Below, piece by piece: positions 24,655 to 36,115 of a stretch of 64,000 nucleotides of DNA (positions are counted from its first letter, which is position 1; each line of letters opens with the position of its first letter). Both the position numbers and the translations under genes were made by a program. The DNA lies in contig JAUCBJ010007765.1 in the NCBI GenBank assembly GCA_032718475.1, positions 29,754 to 93,753 of the forward strand. Reading direction: 5' to 3'. The notes under the pieces were generated by a model. That model worked only from the letters and a program-made list of their open reading frames with translations. It made no database searches and was not told where the DNA came from. The DNA is from Nemertoderma westbladi (Eukaryota > Animalia > Xenacoelomorpha).

Positions 24655-26331
24655 CTACGTTGATGTAGGCCCACTACTGTTTTCAAACGATTCTCTTTTA
24701 GTTTTAGTTATAATCTCGGTCACATGTCGGTTCGTAATATTAACGGTTGGAATTGGTTTGTTTCGTAGCGACACGCTATTGCAAGATATGCTCTTCCGTC
24801 TGGTTGGATCACTGGTTTTAAAGTTCCGATGACGTCGCCTTCCAATCATGTCGTCTATAGTGTGACTGTGATTGTGACATTGGAGATCGCAAAGCACAGT
24901 TTGGGAGACACGAGGGGAAAGGTATGGCGATTGTGTAAAGTCTGCTGGACTACGACTACACGCTCTGTTGTAATTCGGCATGTTTGCCCTAATGTTAGAG
25001 TGACGTTTACCAATGGGATGTGAGTATTGAGGTTTCGGTAGTTCCGAACTGTGAGTCTGTGACCAATAGGAGCTCACAGTGGAATTGTAAAGGTTCTTCA
25101 TTGGATTCTCATTTTTACTTGTATTATCCCAACTGATTTTCGGAATTTGAGCCTTTATGACGTTATTTAGATTCGCCCATCTTCCAACGGAGATGCTACC
25201 TGGGACCACCCAATGAGCAGCCGTTGCTATATCTAAGGAACTACATACCACTTCCTTCCTCCCTTCCTCTGATCCCAGACTTTGCTTCGCTGAATCATAA
25301 TTGTTGTGCTTCACAATTTCTGCTTCTAATTCACCCAAATGCCGGCCAACGTTGTTGAGTTCTTCTATTAACATCTGTTTATTTGTTTTGTTTAGTTTAG
25401 GAATGCTGGACTCATCGGATAGACTCCTGATAGACCCACACCCCTTGTTTCCGCCATCGCTGTCAACGACTTGTGTAATGTACTGCTTGTTTAACGCTAC
25501 GACATTCTTCTCTAAATTATATTCTGAGCTAATTGCAACTTGTAGGAGTTTCGACCACTTATCTTCCAGAAGTGAAGTTCTCCCACACAATTGATCATCG
25601 GCGTTAAATAAGCCAAGTAAAATAGTGACCAAATCGTCTTTGCTGAGAATCTCATTCCGAATATTTTGGACAAACTGAACTTTGTCACTTAATGTTTCTT
25701 TTGCGTCATTATTTGAATTATTTATAGTTTCCAAAATCCCCAAAAGCCATGTTTGCAGACTTTTTATCTTCTCAATTATATCGTTATTTTCTGTTTTATT
25801 AGTATTCGCAAGATTATTTTCGAGGTCTTTTAGGACTGGCTCTATTTTATTACCCCAATCTTTGAATGACGTTGTAACGTCTTCTACGGTTTCATTTGTT
25901 GATTTATGAACTCCACTTTTGATTTTCTGTTGCGCTGATTGTTCAGTAATGACGTTTAAATCTTCTAAACATCCCTCCGGGGATATTTTGATGGTCATAG
26001 CGGTTGCACCTAAAGTTTCATCATTAGCAATGTTACTTCTAGTCTCATCTCCGTCAAGTACTGCCTCTTCAGCGTCAGGTACTGTGTCTACATCTATGGC
26101 GGATGAAGGTTTGGTATCTGAAGCATTATTTTCTTCATTTAAGTTATTATTTGTAAGTTCTGTATCTGCGGGCCATATTTTTTCATCTTTGTTTTTTCTG
26201 TCTTCCGGTAAAAGTTTTTCAGATGAATCATTTATATTGCCAATCGAACCACCAATTGGGTTGACTGATCCACTTTTCCTTGAAATCAAATTTTCCCGAG
26301 CGCATTTATCTAACATAACTTCCATATCCAT
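24655..26331 (-). CDS. intronless 558-aa ORF; disordered ends, central spectrin-repeat-like helical region (weakly AKAP6/klarsicht-like)
   Basis: 1677-nt open frame in AT-rich DNA; ACCATGG start context with an upstream in-frame TGA; LQTWLLGILE..LEDKWSKLLQVAISSEYNLE spectrin-like Trp pattern. Confidence 0.7.
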   Translation of the reverse strand: MDMEVMLDKCARENLISRKSGSVNPIGGSIGNINDSSEKLLPEDRKNKDEKIWPADTELTNNNLNEENNASDTKPSSAIDVDTVPDAEEAVLDGDETRSNIANDETLGATAMTIKISPEGCLEDLNVITEQSAQQKIKSGVHKSTNETVEDVTTSFKDWGNKIEPVLKDLENNLANTNKTENNDIIEKIKSLQTWLLGILETINNSNNDAKETLSDKVQFVQNIRNEILSKDDLVTILLGLFNADDQLCGRTSLLEDKWSKLLQVAISSEYNLEKNVVALNKQYITQVVDSDGGNKGCGSIRSLSDESSIPKLNKTNKQMLIEELNNVGRHLGELEAEIVKHNNYDSAKQSLGSEEGRKEVVCSSLDIATAAHWVVPGSISVGRWANLNNVIKAQIPKISWDNTSKNENPMKNLYNSTVSSYWSQTHSSELPKPQYSHPIGKRHSNIRANMPNYNRACSRSPADFTQSPYLSPRVSQTVLCDLQCHNHSHTIDDMIGRRRHRNFKTSDPTRRKSISCNSVSLRNKPIPTVNITNRHVTEIITKTKRESFENSSGPTST

Positions 26332-29300
26332 GGTATGAATTACGGGTTTATAAACTCATTTAAATATTATTATAAATATGAATATGATTTTTTTTATATT
26401 TTAAGGCCTAATTTTTTTGTAATTATGTAATATTCTTTATGTAATATTAATTGCCTACTCTCTAATATAATTTGAGTAATATGATTTCTATGCTGACAAA
26501 CACACTAACTAAAAAGTATTATGTTGTAATTCAATCATTAACGCTGAAATAAGCAGACATTAATCCAAAATTAATTATGTCAATTATTATACTGAAATCA
26601 ATCAAACGCGCAATGCAATGAAATATCATAATAATGCCAACGCAATGGTAAATGGATGTTAATTTAAATGTTACACTTGGCATTCAATGATTTATTACAA
26701 CATTTCGCGATTGATAACAGTAGACATTTCCTTCGTTATGTATTCGCGTATCGTTCATCGTTATAGACCACCCAGTAGGCCTACTATAGTTAAACCTTCT
26801 ACGGACTTCCTATCCTAGGAGTTTGGCAATTCGCACGTCCATTAAAGCGTAGCGCTACGTATTACTGAAAATCCTATCCAATTTGCCTCCAACTAATAAA
26901 CCTTGTCAAGAAAGTTGAATTAAAATAATACTGTAAATGCAGTATCATATGTATTGTGTTTGCGAATTTCTGAACCGAAAATAACAACTCCTTTAGTTCC
27001 TACATCAGGTCCACCACCGGATTGCTTTAATTTAATTTGGCAACCAAATCAAAATCCATTCGATATCTCGAGCAGAAATATTTATAGTGTTTTCCATAAC
27101 AATACAGTAATGTAATGGTAACCGCAACAATACTGTACAGTAGGCCTAGAGTCTACGTAATTTCTTTATCGTGATTTACTCACAGCGGCTTTGATTCATG
27201 TTAAGAGATAGTATGAAAGCCTACTGTATTTGATATTGATATGATAAAATCACCATATCGGGAAATGTAAAGTAAATTACTACAAATACTACACTGTACT
27301 GTATAAGATAAATATAACTCATGATTTGCGTGTACTTTAATATCGGACCATAAGAATCGCGTAAGGTTCTCCTCTTGCAATTTAAATTCCAGTTTATAAA
27401 ACTTATTCTGCAGTTACAGTTTAGTCAATGGACTTCTTCCGGTAGAATATTATTTATACCTATAAAATAAAAGGTAATAACTATATACTGTATAGGCCTA
27501 TACGTCATTGTTCAGAAAGTAGCACATTATAGTGTTACGGCACGAGTGATCATAGAACGAGGGCCGGTGCAGATTGTTGTTATCCTACTGTACACTATAT
27601 CAAGTGTTTACAGGGTGCAACAAGCGCATGGCTTTCTTACCCTTTACTTACACATCATACAATACTTTTCAGTATCAGTACCAGTATTGAAATCGTGGCT
27701 GAGACTTGCAGTTACGGCAGTACGGTTACTTACTGATAGTCGCCTATTCCTATTTATTGCAAGATTGCAAGATAAGTTCAAGTTGTCTGGTTGTTGCCTA
27801 TTTAGACAACAATGATTCTATGTCAGTATGTGTTGCCAGTATAGGCATCACTGGCATCAGACAGTCAGAGCCGAAAAGTGTGCCCCCTAGCGCGGGTTTC
27901 CTGCTTATGTAAGTTGTAAGTTTTAATATTACAGTATTACAGGATGTACTGTACAGAAAAATAAAGTAGAAAAACAAGCATAACCGGTACAGTTAACAGT
28001 TCTACGTACAGTACTTTCTCAATTCATTCGCCATTTTTGCTGATTGGCAGATTGGGAAAATTATTTCTTTTTCCTACAGTTCATACTACTAAACACAATT
28101 TAGATTTTCTAAATTTTTTTCCAACCGTTTAGAAACTTTTCACAATGAACATTTTGAGAAAAATCCAAAAAGTGTCCTGAAAAGAAGGGATGTGTAACAC
28201 TTCCCAAGCATGAACACTTCATAAATCATAAATATTCAACCTTTTGTTTCTCCCTTACTGCCTTAGGGCCCTATACAGTTATAAGCTACCGGTACTGAGC
28301 TAGGCAAAGGTCAGTACAGCAGTAGGTTCATACTGTCATACAGTCATACTGATACCAGGATACTGTTGGATTTGCGATTTGCGTAAGAACTAGGGACTAA
28401 AGTGTCCGTTTATTGTTCTTCTGTTCTTTCTATGCCCTACTGCAATACTGCCTTCCAGCCTTATCCAGTTATCTGGCAGCCTTGCTTTAACAATTTTTGC
28501 TAATGACAGAATGAAGCTTTTGTTTTCGTCTTGGCACTTTAAAATTGTATAATCATGTAGGCGCTGAAACTGAAATCGTTTACTAGCATAGGCCTAGTTT
28601 AAGTTATCGGTATACTGTCAGACTGTCTGACTGTCAGTTTGCGATTTTACCTGTTGCGCTGTTGGTTTGTGTCTTTTGTTGTCGGTGGTACCCAGGCTGC
28701 CAGGTCAGCAGGTACCGTATGTAAATTGGAGAGATACGCCTATTCCTACTATCGGAAGAGACGGTAACAATACCTGCAATATCCTACTGTAAAGTTTGTA
28801 AATCAAATCATAAATCCGACCTTCTCACCAAAACAGTAAACCCCAAGTAAGCGAATATATTGCAGTATCGATCTCTTTTAACCGGTGAGGCAGAAAACAG
28901 TCTACGAGCAGACAAACTTCGATAAAACAAAATCCCGCGCAGCGAATCCTAAAATCAGGCTGACTCACTGACGGACTAAGAGGCTCGTATACTTTGCCGC
29001 GGTGTGATTTATATGGTTGGGCAAAGGGACGCTAGCTAGGTATAGAGCAGATTTGGAGATGTCTAACTAGCGAGCAAAGTGCAGTAAGGACGAAAGTTAA
29101 TTTTATATATTTCGAGGTGTAAATAATTTCTAACGCGCGTGTGTTAATTCTGAACGGTCAAAGCAGTTTTGCTCCTTCACATATATAATTACTGGGTACG
29201 GTGTGTATTTTACGAATATTCTAATTTTATAACTTGTAGGTCCAATACTCACGAATGGTAAGGTTCCTTCCCCTCTTGCGTATTTCCAGGACTCAAATTC

Positions 29301-30216
29301 AGGCATAAGGTTAATACTACGCCCAGAATTCGGCAATTTTAGGTACCAGGTCCCTGATACTAAGAAGAGATGTGTTAGTTTACTACGGTAGGCGTACGGG
29401 TACTAATAGCTATCCTGGCTCCTATCTAGAATTTTAGTCACCCAGGTAGTCCGGGTAACTTCCTATTAGGGCGTTGGCGGGGACACGGTAGATGTTAGTA
29501 TATCCCTGATAGCCTCAATTTATTTGCGCCTAGTGTAAACTGCCCTACCGCCTGAACGGTACAATCCCAATTCAGGTGAAAACACAGCAACCCCCTAGCC
29601 TACAAGTTCTGATGTAACGGACACCGTTGTACGGCAAATAGTCGCACACACACCTGTACTTAGCAAGAGTTAAGCGTACAGTTTGCTGCACCCTAACCAA
29701 TGTGTATGCCTTGTACCGGTGTGCCTACGTCCTATCTGCGTACTAGTATCTGCTCTCTCTCCCTCTCCCCCCGTAGGAATATGAAGGTCTACTGCGGTTT
29801 TTCCTGAATCAAGACAGTACAGTCCCTATGATGTAATTTTGGGCTTACAGCGTGTCACTACGTCTACCTTTTGATCTTTGGTCTTACACTTAGGTAGCAA
29901 GGATCGAACGCTGTCTAACCTTTCAGGCGATGGGCGAATAACTTTAAATGGTATTGCGGGTTGTCTCTCGTCTACATTCCCGTGATGTTCCCGTTCATTG
30001 CTGCGGCCCGATCTCTAGCTGGCCATCCTGTCCCTGAGTTTGTTCACCGTAGTGAAACCATATTAAAACAGATAGAAAAGGGCTGAGATGTGACTAGTAT
30101 TTCTGACTTTATTACAAAACATATAATAACTATTATACAATAAACAATGTAATCTGAAATAAGACAGAAAGCGAATGATGGAAATTGCAGTGAATAACTA
30201 ATGAACAAATCGCACC

Positions 30217-30224
30217 TTTATATA
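30217..30224 (-). promoter_or_regulatory. TATA-like box in the LTR (also 46836-46843); AATAAA at 30108-30113 / 46717-46722
   Basis: element strand reads GTATATAAAGG, with AATAAA ~105-115 nt downstream in both LTRs. Confidence 0.5.
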
Positions 30225-30421
30225 CTAAATTTGTGCTGCAATCAATCGAGAAAATTCTCGATTGTTCTATGGGTTCTAACAAGGTTTTAAAGATAGCTTA
30301 TTGGTCCAGCTAATATATAACTTGCACGACATTGGTTACAATCAAATAACTACAGCCTTATTGGTACAGATAAATGCAATTAATTTGTAGCGGTTAATTT
30401 AAATGAGTTGAAATTCTGCAC

Positions 30422-30508
30422 AAAAAATGATTCGCACTTACTAGGATTCGAACTCGATACCTACTACACATATAATTTCCAACGCTCTACCAACTGAGCT
30501 ACTGAACC
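30422..30508 (-). ncRNA. tRNA-derived Pol III unit in the 3' LTR (not a functional tRNA)
   Basis: A box TAGCTCAGTTGG with intact D stem GCTC/GAGC, B box GAGTTCGAATCC, TTTTTT terminator; anticodon and T stems degenerate. Confidence 0.7.
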
Positions 30509-30742
30509 ACTTGACCGATAGATGCATAATAGATAGAACCAATACTAATGAGAACTCAAAGCAATCTTTACAAAGTTAATTCGAATAAAATAAAATTTTG
30601 AAAATCCACGGCATTTAGGGAATATAATTCTATACCGCTCCATGAAAACAGGATATTATCGTGCATAAATATACGGTTTTCACCAATAATCAATCAAACT
30701 ATAGAATACTTAGGGCGTACTTACATATTTACAATTAAGTTT

Positions 30743-31121
30743 CAAACAATACTTCCTTTCTACGTAATGATTCGATACAAAATAATTACAAATTCAAACT
30801 TTACGTATTTAAGGCTTTACTAAGTAAGTACAATATAAATCTAAATTAAATTCACCAATATAAATCTATTGCATCTCAAATATTGCATAAATTCAAACAA
30901 TTACAAATACAAATAAATGAAAACAATGAAAACAAACAAACAATACTTCCTTTCTACGTAATGATTCGATACAAAATAATTACAAATTCAAACTTTACGT
31001 ATTTAAGGCTTTACTAAGTAAGTACAATATAAATCTAAATTAAATTCACCAATATAAATCTATTGCATCTCAAATATTGCATAAATTCAAACAATTACAA
31101 ATACAAATAAATGAAAACAAT
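30743..31121. repeat. 185-bp tandem duplication in the element's AT-rich 3' UTR
   Basis: 30743-30927 matches 30937-31121. Confidence 0.9.
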
Positions 31122-31736
31122 AAGAAAGGCTCGCAAGTCTTCCATCTACTATTGCATCTCAAATATTGCATAAATTCAAGTAATTACAAATACTTTCGTA
31201 CCTAAATGTAGATTGCATAGGTTTGGAATAATTACAAATATGAGTCTTTCTGAGCACAAAATTTTCTGTCTATAAAACTTTCTCTTTAGGTACAAATACT
31301 GCTTATAAAATGTAAATTGCATAATATTCGGAACAATATAAATTGCATAAGTTGGACTCTTTAGGTAAGTTCGGAATAATTACAAATATAAAATATAAAT
31401 TCTTACTAAATATAGATCTTACTAAATATAAGTCTTTACTTAAATATAAATATAGACTGCATAAGTTTAGAATAATATAAACCTTTGCATCTCAAATATG
31501 AAACATAAATCTTTCAAATATAAGTTCCTTCTAAATATAAACTTTCTAAATTTCATAAATTCGGAACAATACAAATTACATAAGTTTTGAATAAGCACAA
31601 ATATAAAATATAAGTTTTTACTAAATATGAGTCCCTTTCAGAATACAAAACTTTCTAAATATAAAACATATAATTCAAATAAATCACAAATCATAAGAAA
31701 GGCCCACGAGTCTTCCGTCCACCCTTGCCCTCCCTT

Positions 31737-34283
31737 TTATCGCTTAGTAGATCGAGCCCTGCCGCGTCCTCGAAAACTGCGCACAGGTGACTTTGCTCGC
31801 GATATGGGACTAATGGGGCGAGTCACTGGTTTACTTGGGACGTTAAGAGACGGTGCGACTATTTCCTCACAAATTCGTCTATTTGGCATCCCAAAACCTC
31901 GACCAATTCCTCGTGACCGATCAGTTGTCACTACAGTTGGTAGAACGTCTGGGAACGCGTGAGAAGCGGACGACGCAGACCCAAGAGTAGCTTGCGCCCC
32001 CTGTTGATCAGCTGGTGTATGTCCCGATCCTCCTACTGGTTCTCTTGGAAGTGATACCGTATCCCGAGTAACTCGAATAGTCGGCTCAACTCCCTTGCGT
32101 TCTTCTACATTAATAATTTTCTTCAATTGTTGGCCCACTTTCTGGACCCGTATGATCCTACCCTGCCCGTCCTCCCGAGGGTGACGTGCAGACGGCGCAA
32201 CCGGAGTGGCTGATATATTCGTCGCCTCTAGGACCTCTTCTTCCTCGAATACGCTCGCTCGTATACGTTTATGGTAAAACGCGGCTCGGTACGCCCATGC
32301 GACGGTTAACCAAGCTCCTTTATTCCGCTTTTCGGTTCGGAAACGATCAAATTCACCATACGTGATACGATTTACGACTTTCTGAAAATTCCACGTGTTT
32401 TTGTTATCCGGGTGAATCTGTAACAGATACTCGCGCACCACTCGAAATCCGCTGTCGTGGGGCAAAATATCGACAACCTCGATAAGTTCGTCATATTGAG
32501 GCATAGCGGAGATGTATCCTTCCGACATCATCGTTTGAGGATTTACCGCCCAAAATCCGAGATGCGCTCTCATCGGAAACCGTCTTCTCTGTGCCGATAC
32601 ATGTTCGTCGGCCAAATCTTCCCACTCATCAAATAACTTCCTCACGAGTTTAACAGATTCGTGTTCATAGGGTATGTCTCTTAGTTGGCATTCAGATGCT
32701 CGATGTCCCTTTATATTGCAGTAAGTACATTGAGCCATAAATCTCCAGCAAGTATAAAAGGTATGAGACCCTTGATCCCCACACCATCCACAGATTAGCT
32801 GAGTCGTAGTAATGTGCTTTCCACTGCACTTTGCCATATGATGTCCAGCGACGCCACATTTACTACACATCGTATTAGCAGGGTACCACACTCGTTCGTA
32901 TATAAGATCTCCAATCGGTCGAGCGCTTCCTCCCATACTATAATCGTAATCATCTGGGTCTATGGGTTGGTAGGTTTCTGAAGGTTGTATGCAAACTATA
33001 GCATCTGTTGCTTCAAGTTGTCGAATCTCCGTCTGAGATTTCTTCGGGAGGTTCCTTTCTATCTCAAGAAGTTCCTCTAAAGGATCGTCGGCGATCGTAG
33101 TAGTTACGTTGAAATCATCACCGAGGTGACCGATAGGCGCGCGCGTCTGCCGTGATTCATCCGTAATTTCCACAATACGTTCTCCTTCATAGGGTAACAA
33201 TGTAAACATAGATGGTCTTTCGATAAGAGATCCCGCACAGCGAAGATACACGTCTCGAAATATGCTAAATCCTGCTCGAGTAAAGGCATTACACTGAGCG
33301 TCGGAGTTGTAGAAGGGTTCAAGGAATCGTCTAAACACGTCGGTACGAATTCTCCCTTCCATGTAGAACGTATGATCTTCTCCGAGACAAAGTGGATGTC
33401 TTTTGAGAGTCCGAGACACAATGTCGGCGATTAGGCAAACATTCACTGACGACTCTATCGCTAAATAATATTGTAAGACCGCTCTTGGAGGTGACGTAAT
33501 AGCCCAATACACGCATCCTCTCCATTTAAGCTGTGATTCAAACTCACTCATATCTGGAGTATCACCTTCTCCATAAGTTTCAATATACTTGTTTCTTTTA
33601 CCTTCCTTATAATCCCAATTGAATAACAGGTAGGAAATGTATCCAGTTCCAGTCTTCTGAGTATTATACTCACGAAAATATCCCTGTTCTATAGACCACA
33701 GAATAAGAGGTCGAGTGTCGACGTATGGTGTCGGTAGTCGGTCATCGCTGTCCGTCATGCCGGCGAAGTCGCTAATTAGATCCTCCCTTACTCCTGATCC
33801 AACCTTTACAACAGTTTTATCTAAAATCATGTTTCTTACCATCTTCGGTAACATTCTAGCGTCAATATTACAAGCTTGGTCCATCTTCTTTACTATATCG
33901 GTGATAAGATGGTGTCGCTTTGTATTCGCTGGAGGTATCGGCATTCGTTTGTCGCTCCTCTGTCTACTGAAAACGTGCAGGACTCCGTCCGCCGCTCTAA
34001 TCTGTATAGTCTTAGAAGTCAAACTCTGCTGATGACTGCCGCCCTCGTTATCGTAAAACATATAACCGTTTTCCTGAAACGATCTAAACGTCCTAGTCCA
34101 TTCATCCAATAATTCTTCCGAAGGTTGCCAAATCTTCTCTATATCCTTATCCTCATCGAAACGAATAACCTTACCTCGCCAATCTGCGGCAATATCCGTA
34201 TCCGACTCGAAGGTTCCGATTCCAATCCATAAACGAATCGTCTTGGTTAGATATCCTTTCAGATTACTATGTCGGCACCAGCT
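31737..34283 (-). CDS. accessory ORF, C-terminal part: DEDDy 3'-5' exonuclease-like domain + 3 zinc knuckles + basic RS/RG-rich tail
   Basis: frame open from 34283; ExoI-like FYDNE, TIQI..GVLHVF, LPKMVRNMILDKTVVKVGSGVRED (ExoII-like), YVDT, W..SPPRAVLQYYLAIE (ExoIII-like, E in place of D); CSKCGVAGHHMAKC, CGWCGDQGSHTFYTC, CTYCNIKGHRASEC. Confidence 0.8.
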   Translation of the reverse strand, partial: SWCRHSNLKGYLTKTIRLWIGIGTFESDTDIAADWRGKVIRFDEDKDIEKIWQPSEELLDEWTRTFRSFQENGYMFYDNEGGSHQQSLTSKTIQIRAADGVLHVFSRQRSDKRMPIPPANTKRHHLITDIVKKMDQACNIDARMLPKMVRNMILDKTVVKVGSGVREDLISDFAGMTDSDDRLPTPYVDTRPLILWSIEQGYFREYNTQKTGTGYISYLLFNWDYKEGKRNKYIETYGEGDTPDMSEFESQLKWRGCVYWAITSPPRAVLQYYLAIESSVNVCLIADIVSRTLKRHPLCLGEDHTFYMEGRIRTDVFRRFLEPFYNSDAQCNAFTRAGFSIFRDVYLRCAGSLIERPSMFTLLPYEGERIVEITDESRQTRAPIGHLGDDFNVTTTIADDPLEELLEIERNLPKKSQTEIRQLEATDAIVCIQPSETYQPIDPDDYDYSMGGSARPIGDLIYERVWYPANTMCSKCGVAGHHMAKCSGKHITTTQLICGWCGDQGSHTFYTCWRFMAQCTYCNIKGHRASECQLRDIPYEHESVKLVRKLFDEWEDLADEHVSAQRRRFPMRAHLGFWAVNPQTMMSEGYISAMPQYDELIEVVDILPHDSGFRVVREYLLQIHPDNKNTWNFQKVVNRITYGEFDRFRTEKRNKGAWLTVAWAYRAAFYHKRIRASVFEEEEVLEATNISATPVAPSARHPREDGQGRIIRVQKVGQQLKKIINVEERKGVEPTIRVTRDTVSLPREPVGGSGHTPADQQGAQATLGSASSASHAFPDVLPTVVTTDRSRGIGRGFGMPNRRICEEIVAPSLNVPSKPVTRPISPISRAKSPVRSFRGRGRARSTKR

Positions 34284-35455
34284 CTATCCAGTTCCTTAAA
34301 ATCTTGGATATGAGGTGGAACGTTGTTCACGACCTTTTGAGTAATATGTCTACGCAAATCATATATCTTACTCATATCGCTGAAAACAACTGCAGGAAGA
34401 AACTCCAAGTTTGAAATGATTTCTGGATGATCCACGATGGGTATTTCGTACGTCGTATCCTGTCGGACTGGTATACTAATAGGGAAATTGAGTGTCGTAC
34501 TCAATGGTTTCGTAACTGAAGTACTATACGATTGCATTTCTCTTGGCCTCTCCGGGGATGCAATCTGTAGTCTCTGAATAACGTTTTGAGCGAAGTTTAT
34601 GCTCTCGAAAACTTCCGGTGTCATCTCCTTAGCTGAAGTTTGATCGTGTGACGTCCAATGGCAAGGTAGGCTCGCGAGTCTTCCACCCCATTCTTCCATC
34701 TCACCTTTCTCGAAAGCCTTGTAGGCTCTGTATAGGCTAAGAGCTTCTTTCTTTTCGCGGGTTGACTGATTCGCCTCGTCCAGCGTAAGTTCAAATACAT
34801 CGGGTTCAACAACCTTAGGTGGGTAAATGACAGTTTCTCCCGCCTTTGGTCCGGTCATAGCAAATGAGTGATATGGATTCGATAAAGGATACCCTCCTTC
34901 CTGGTAGCGTAGTTGTTGATGATTCGAACACCTCGCCAATATCGGTTCGGGATTTTCCTTATTCAAACGCATCGGAATCGCATTTCGTTGTTCGCGCATA
35001 CAAGAACCGCATTGATAATAAAGTTTATAAACTGAAAATGCTTCCTTGGTTTCTCTATCGTCCCCTCGAGTTCGTCTGTAAAGATGCATTCCATCGAATT
35101 CATCGCGTACCGCGGGCATAGGTTCATGCGCCTTTAGGTATTGCATGGTATGATACAAACGACTAATTTCAGTATCGGGGTCTTCGCTAATGTCTCCCGT
35201 ATCACACAAAGCATCGTACGGGTAAAGTTCATTGAAGGTTTGGCGCAAACTTTCGATTCTTTCGTTCAATGCGTTTTGCCTTCTCTTTAATACGTTCGAG
35301 TCATATTTAGTTCTCGCGAGTTTCGCTGTACTTTCCGATAATTCTTTTATACCAAATATAGTATAATCCTTGGCTCCAAATCTTTCGAATGGCGCTGCTG
35401 CCTCCTCTTGGATATCATATCCCCATCTCGGCTCTCCTTGTATCCCTTTCTCCAT
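34259..35455 (-). CDS. accessory ORF, N-terminal part (398 aa), joined to the next ORF by a -1 shift
   Basis: true ATG start; overlaps the downstream frame at 34259-34283; coiled-coil-like segment and a CGSC..CSNH motif; function unknown. Confidence 0.75.
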   Translation of the reverse strand: MEKGIQGEPRWGYDIQEEAAAPFERFGAKDYTIFGIKELSESTAKLARTKYDSNVLKRRQNALNERIESLRQTFNELYPYDALCDTGDISEDPDTEISRLYHTMQYLKAHEPMPAVRDEFDGMHLYRRTRGDDRETKEAFSVYKLYYQCGSCMREQRNAIPMRLNKENPEPILARCSNHQQLRYQEGGYPLSNPYHSFAMTGPKAGETVIYPPKVVEPDVFELTLDEANQSTREKKEALSLYRAYKAFEKGEMEEWGGRLASLPCHWTSHDQTSAKEMTPEVFESINFAQNVIQRLQIASPERPREMQSYSTSVTKPLSTTLNFPISIPVRQDTTYEIPIVDHPEIISNLEFLPAVVFSDMSKIYDLRRHITQKVVNNVPPHIQDFKELDRAGADIVI

Positions 35456-36115
35456 AATTAGGGTGTAGTTACATAATCATTACTACTAGAGGGAATACAA
35501 CAGAGTTTGTAGTTAGTTGTGAGGAGACGTGAGAGTTTCGTCTGCCCTTTGGGCTTCGACAACGCTCTAACCTCCTACCCATAGCCTAAGATCTAGGGTT
35601 TCTTTAATGACACGCTGCTTCTTATCTAAAATTTTTTGCCGAAATAAAAACGAATTTGGGCTAAACTGGCCGTGAGTCTAAAATACTCACTTTTTGATCC
35701 CAAACTATTATCAGAAAATAAGCAATCAAGAATTAGTAATAAATATAGGGGAGTCTATTTATTTGCGTAACTTATTGAAACAAGACCGTGTAAAATTTAA
35801 TTAAAATTTTAAGAAAGGCTCGCAAGTCTTCCTCTCTTGTTTCTCTAATTTTAAGTTCCACCCGACTGTACCCTGAAATCTATTCACTGGAGAAATTTTT
35901 AAAAATTTTCAAATCCAAATGGATTGTCTAAAATTTCGAAAATGTCTCAATATTGTGAGTTCCAAGTAGAATTCCATTTCTTATACCTACAAATCCCGCT
36001 CCTATGTGACACATAAGGGTACTACCCTCAATGTTCACATATAAAGACAATGGAATTCTACCGCTGTCCTTAATACGGTGTACAGGTACGTGGAAATCTA
36101 TTTGTAAACTCCTAA

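Larger units (their letters stand above)
28722..30635 (-). repeat. 3' LTR (1914 bp)
   Basis: near-identical to 45322-47254; about 19 substitutions and about 9 indels by eye; preceded on the element strand by purine-rich GGAGCGG (PPT-like). Confidence 0.95.

Noticed and set aside
29130-29336. 68-aa ORF present in both LTRs (also 45733-45939)
   Set aside because: Non-ATG start, no recognisable motif; conservation is explained by LTR identity
30422-30508. Functional tRNA gene
   Set aside because: Only the D arm and promoter boxes are intact; anticodon and T stems do not pair
31737-35455. env gene in the third-ORF position
   Set aside because: No signal peptide, furin-site/fusion-peptide arrangement or transmembrane anchor visible; motifs are nuclease and zinc-knuckle type
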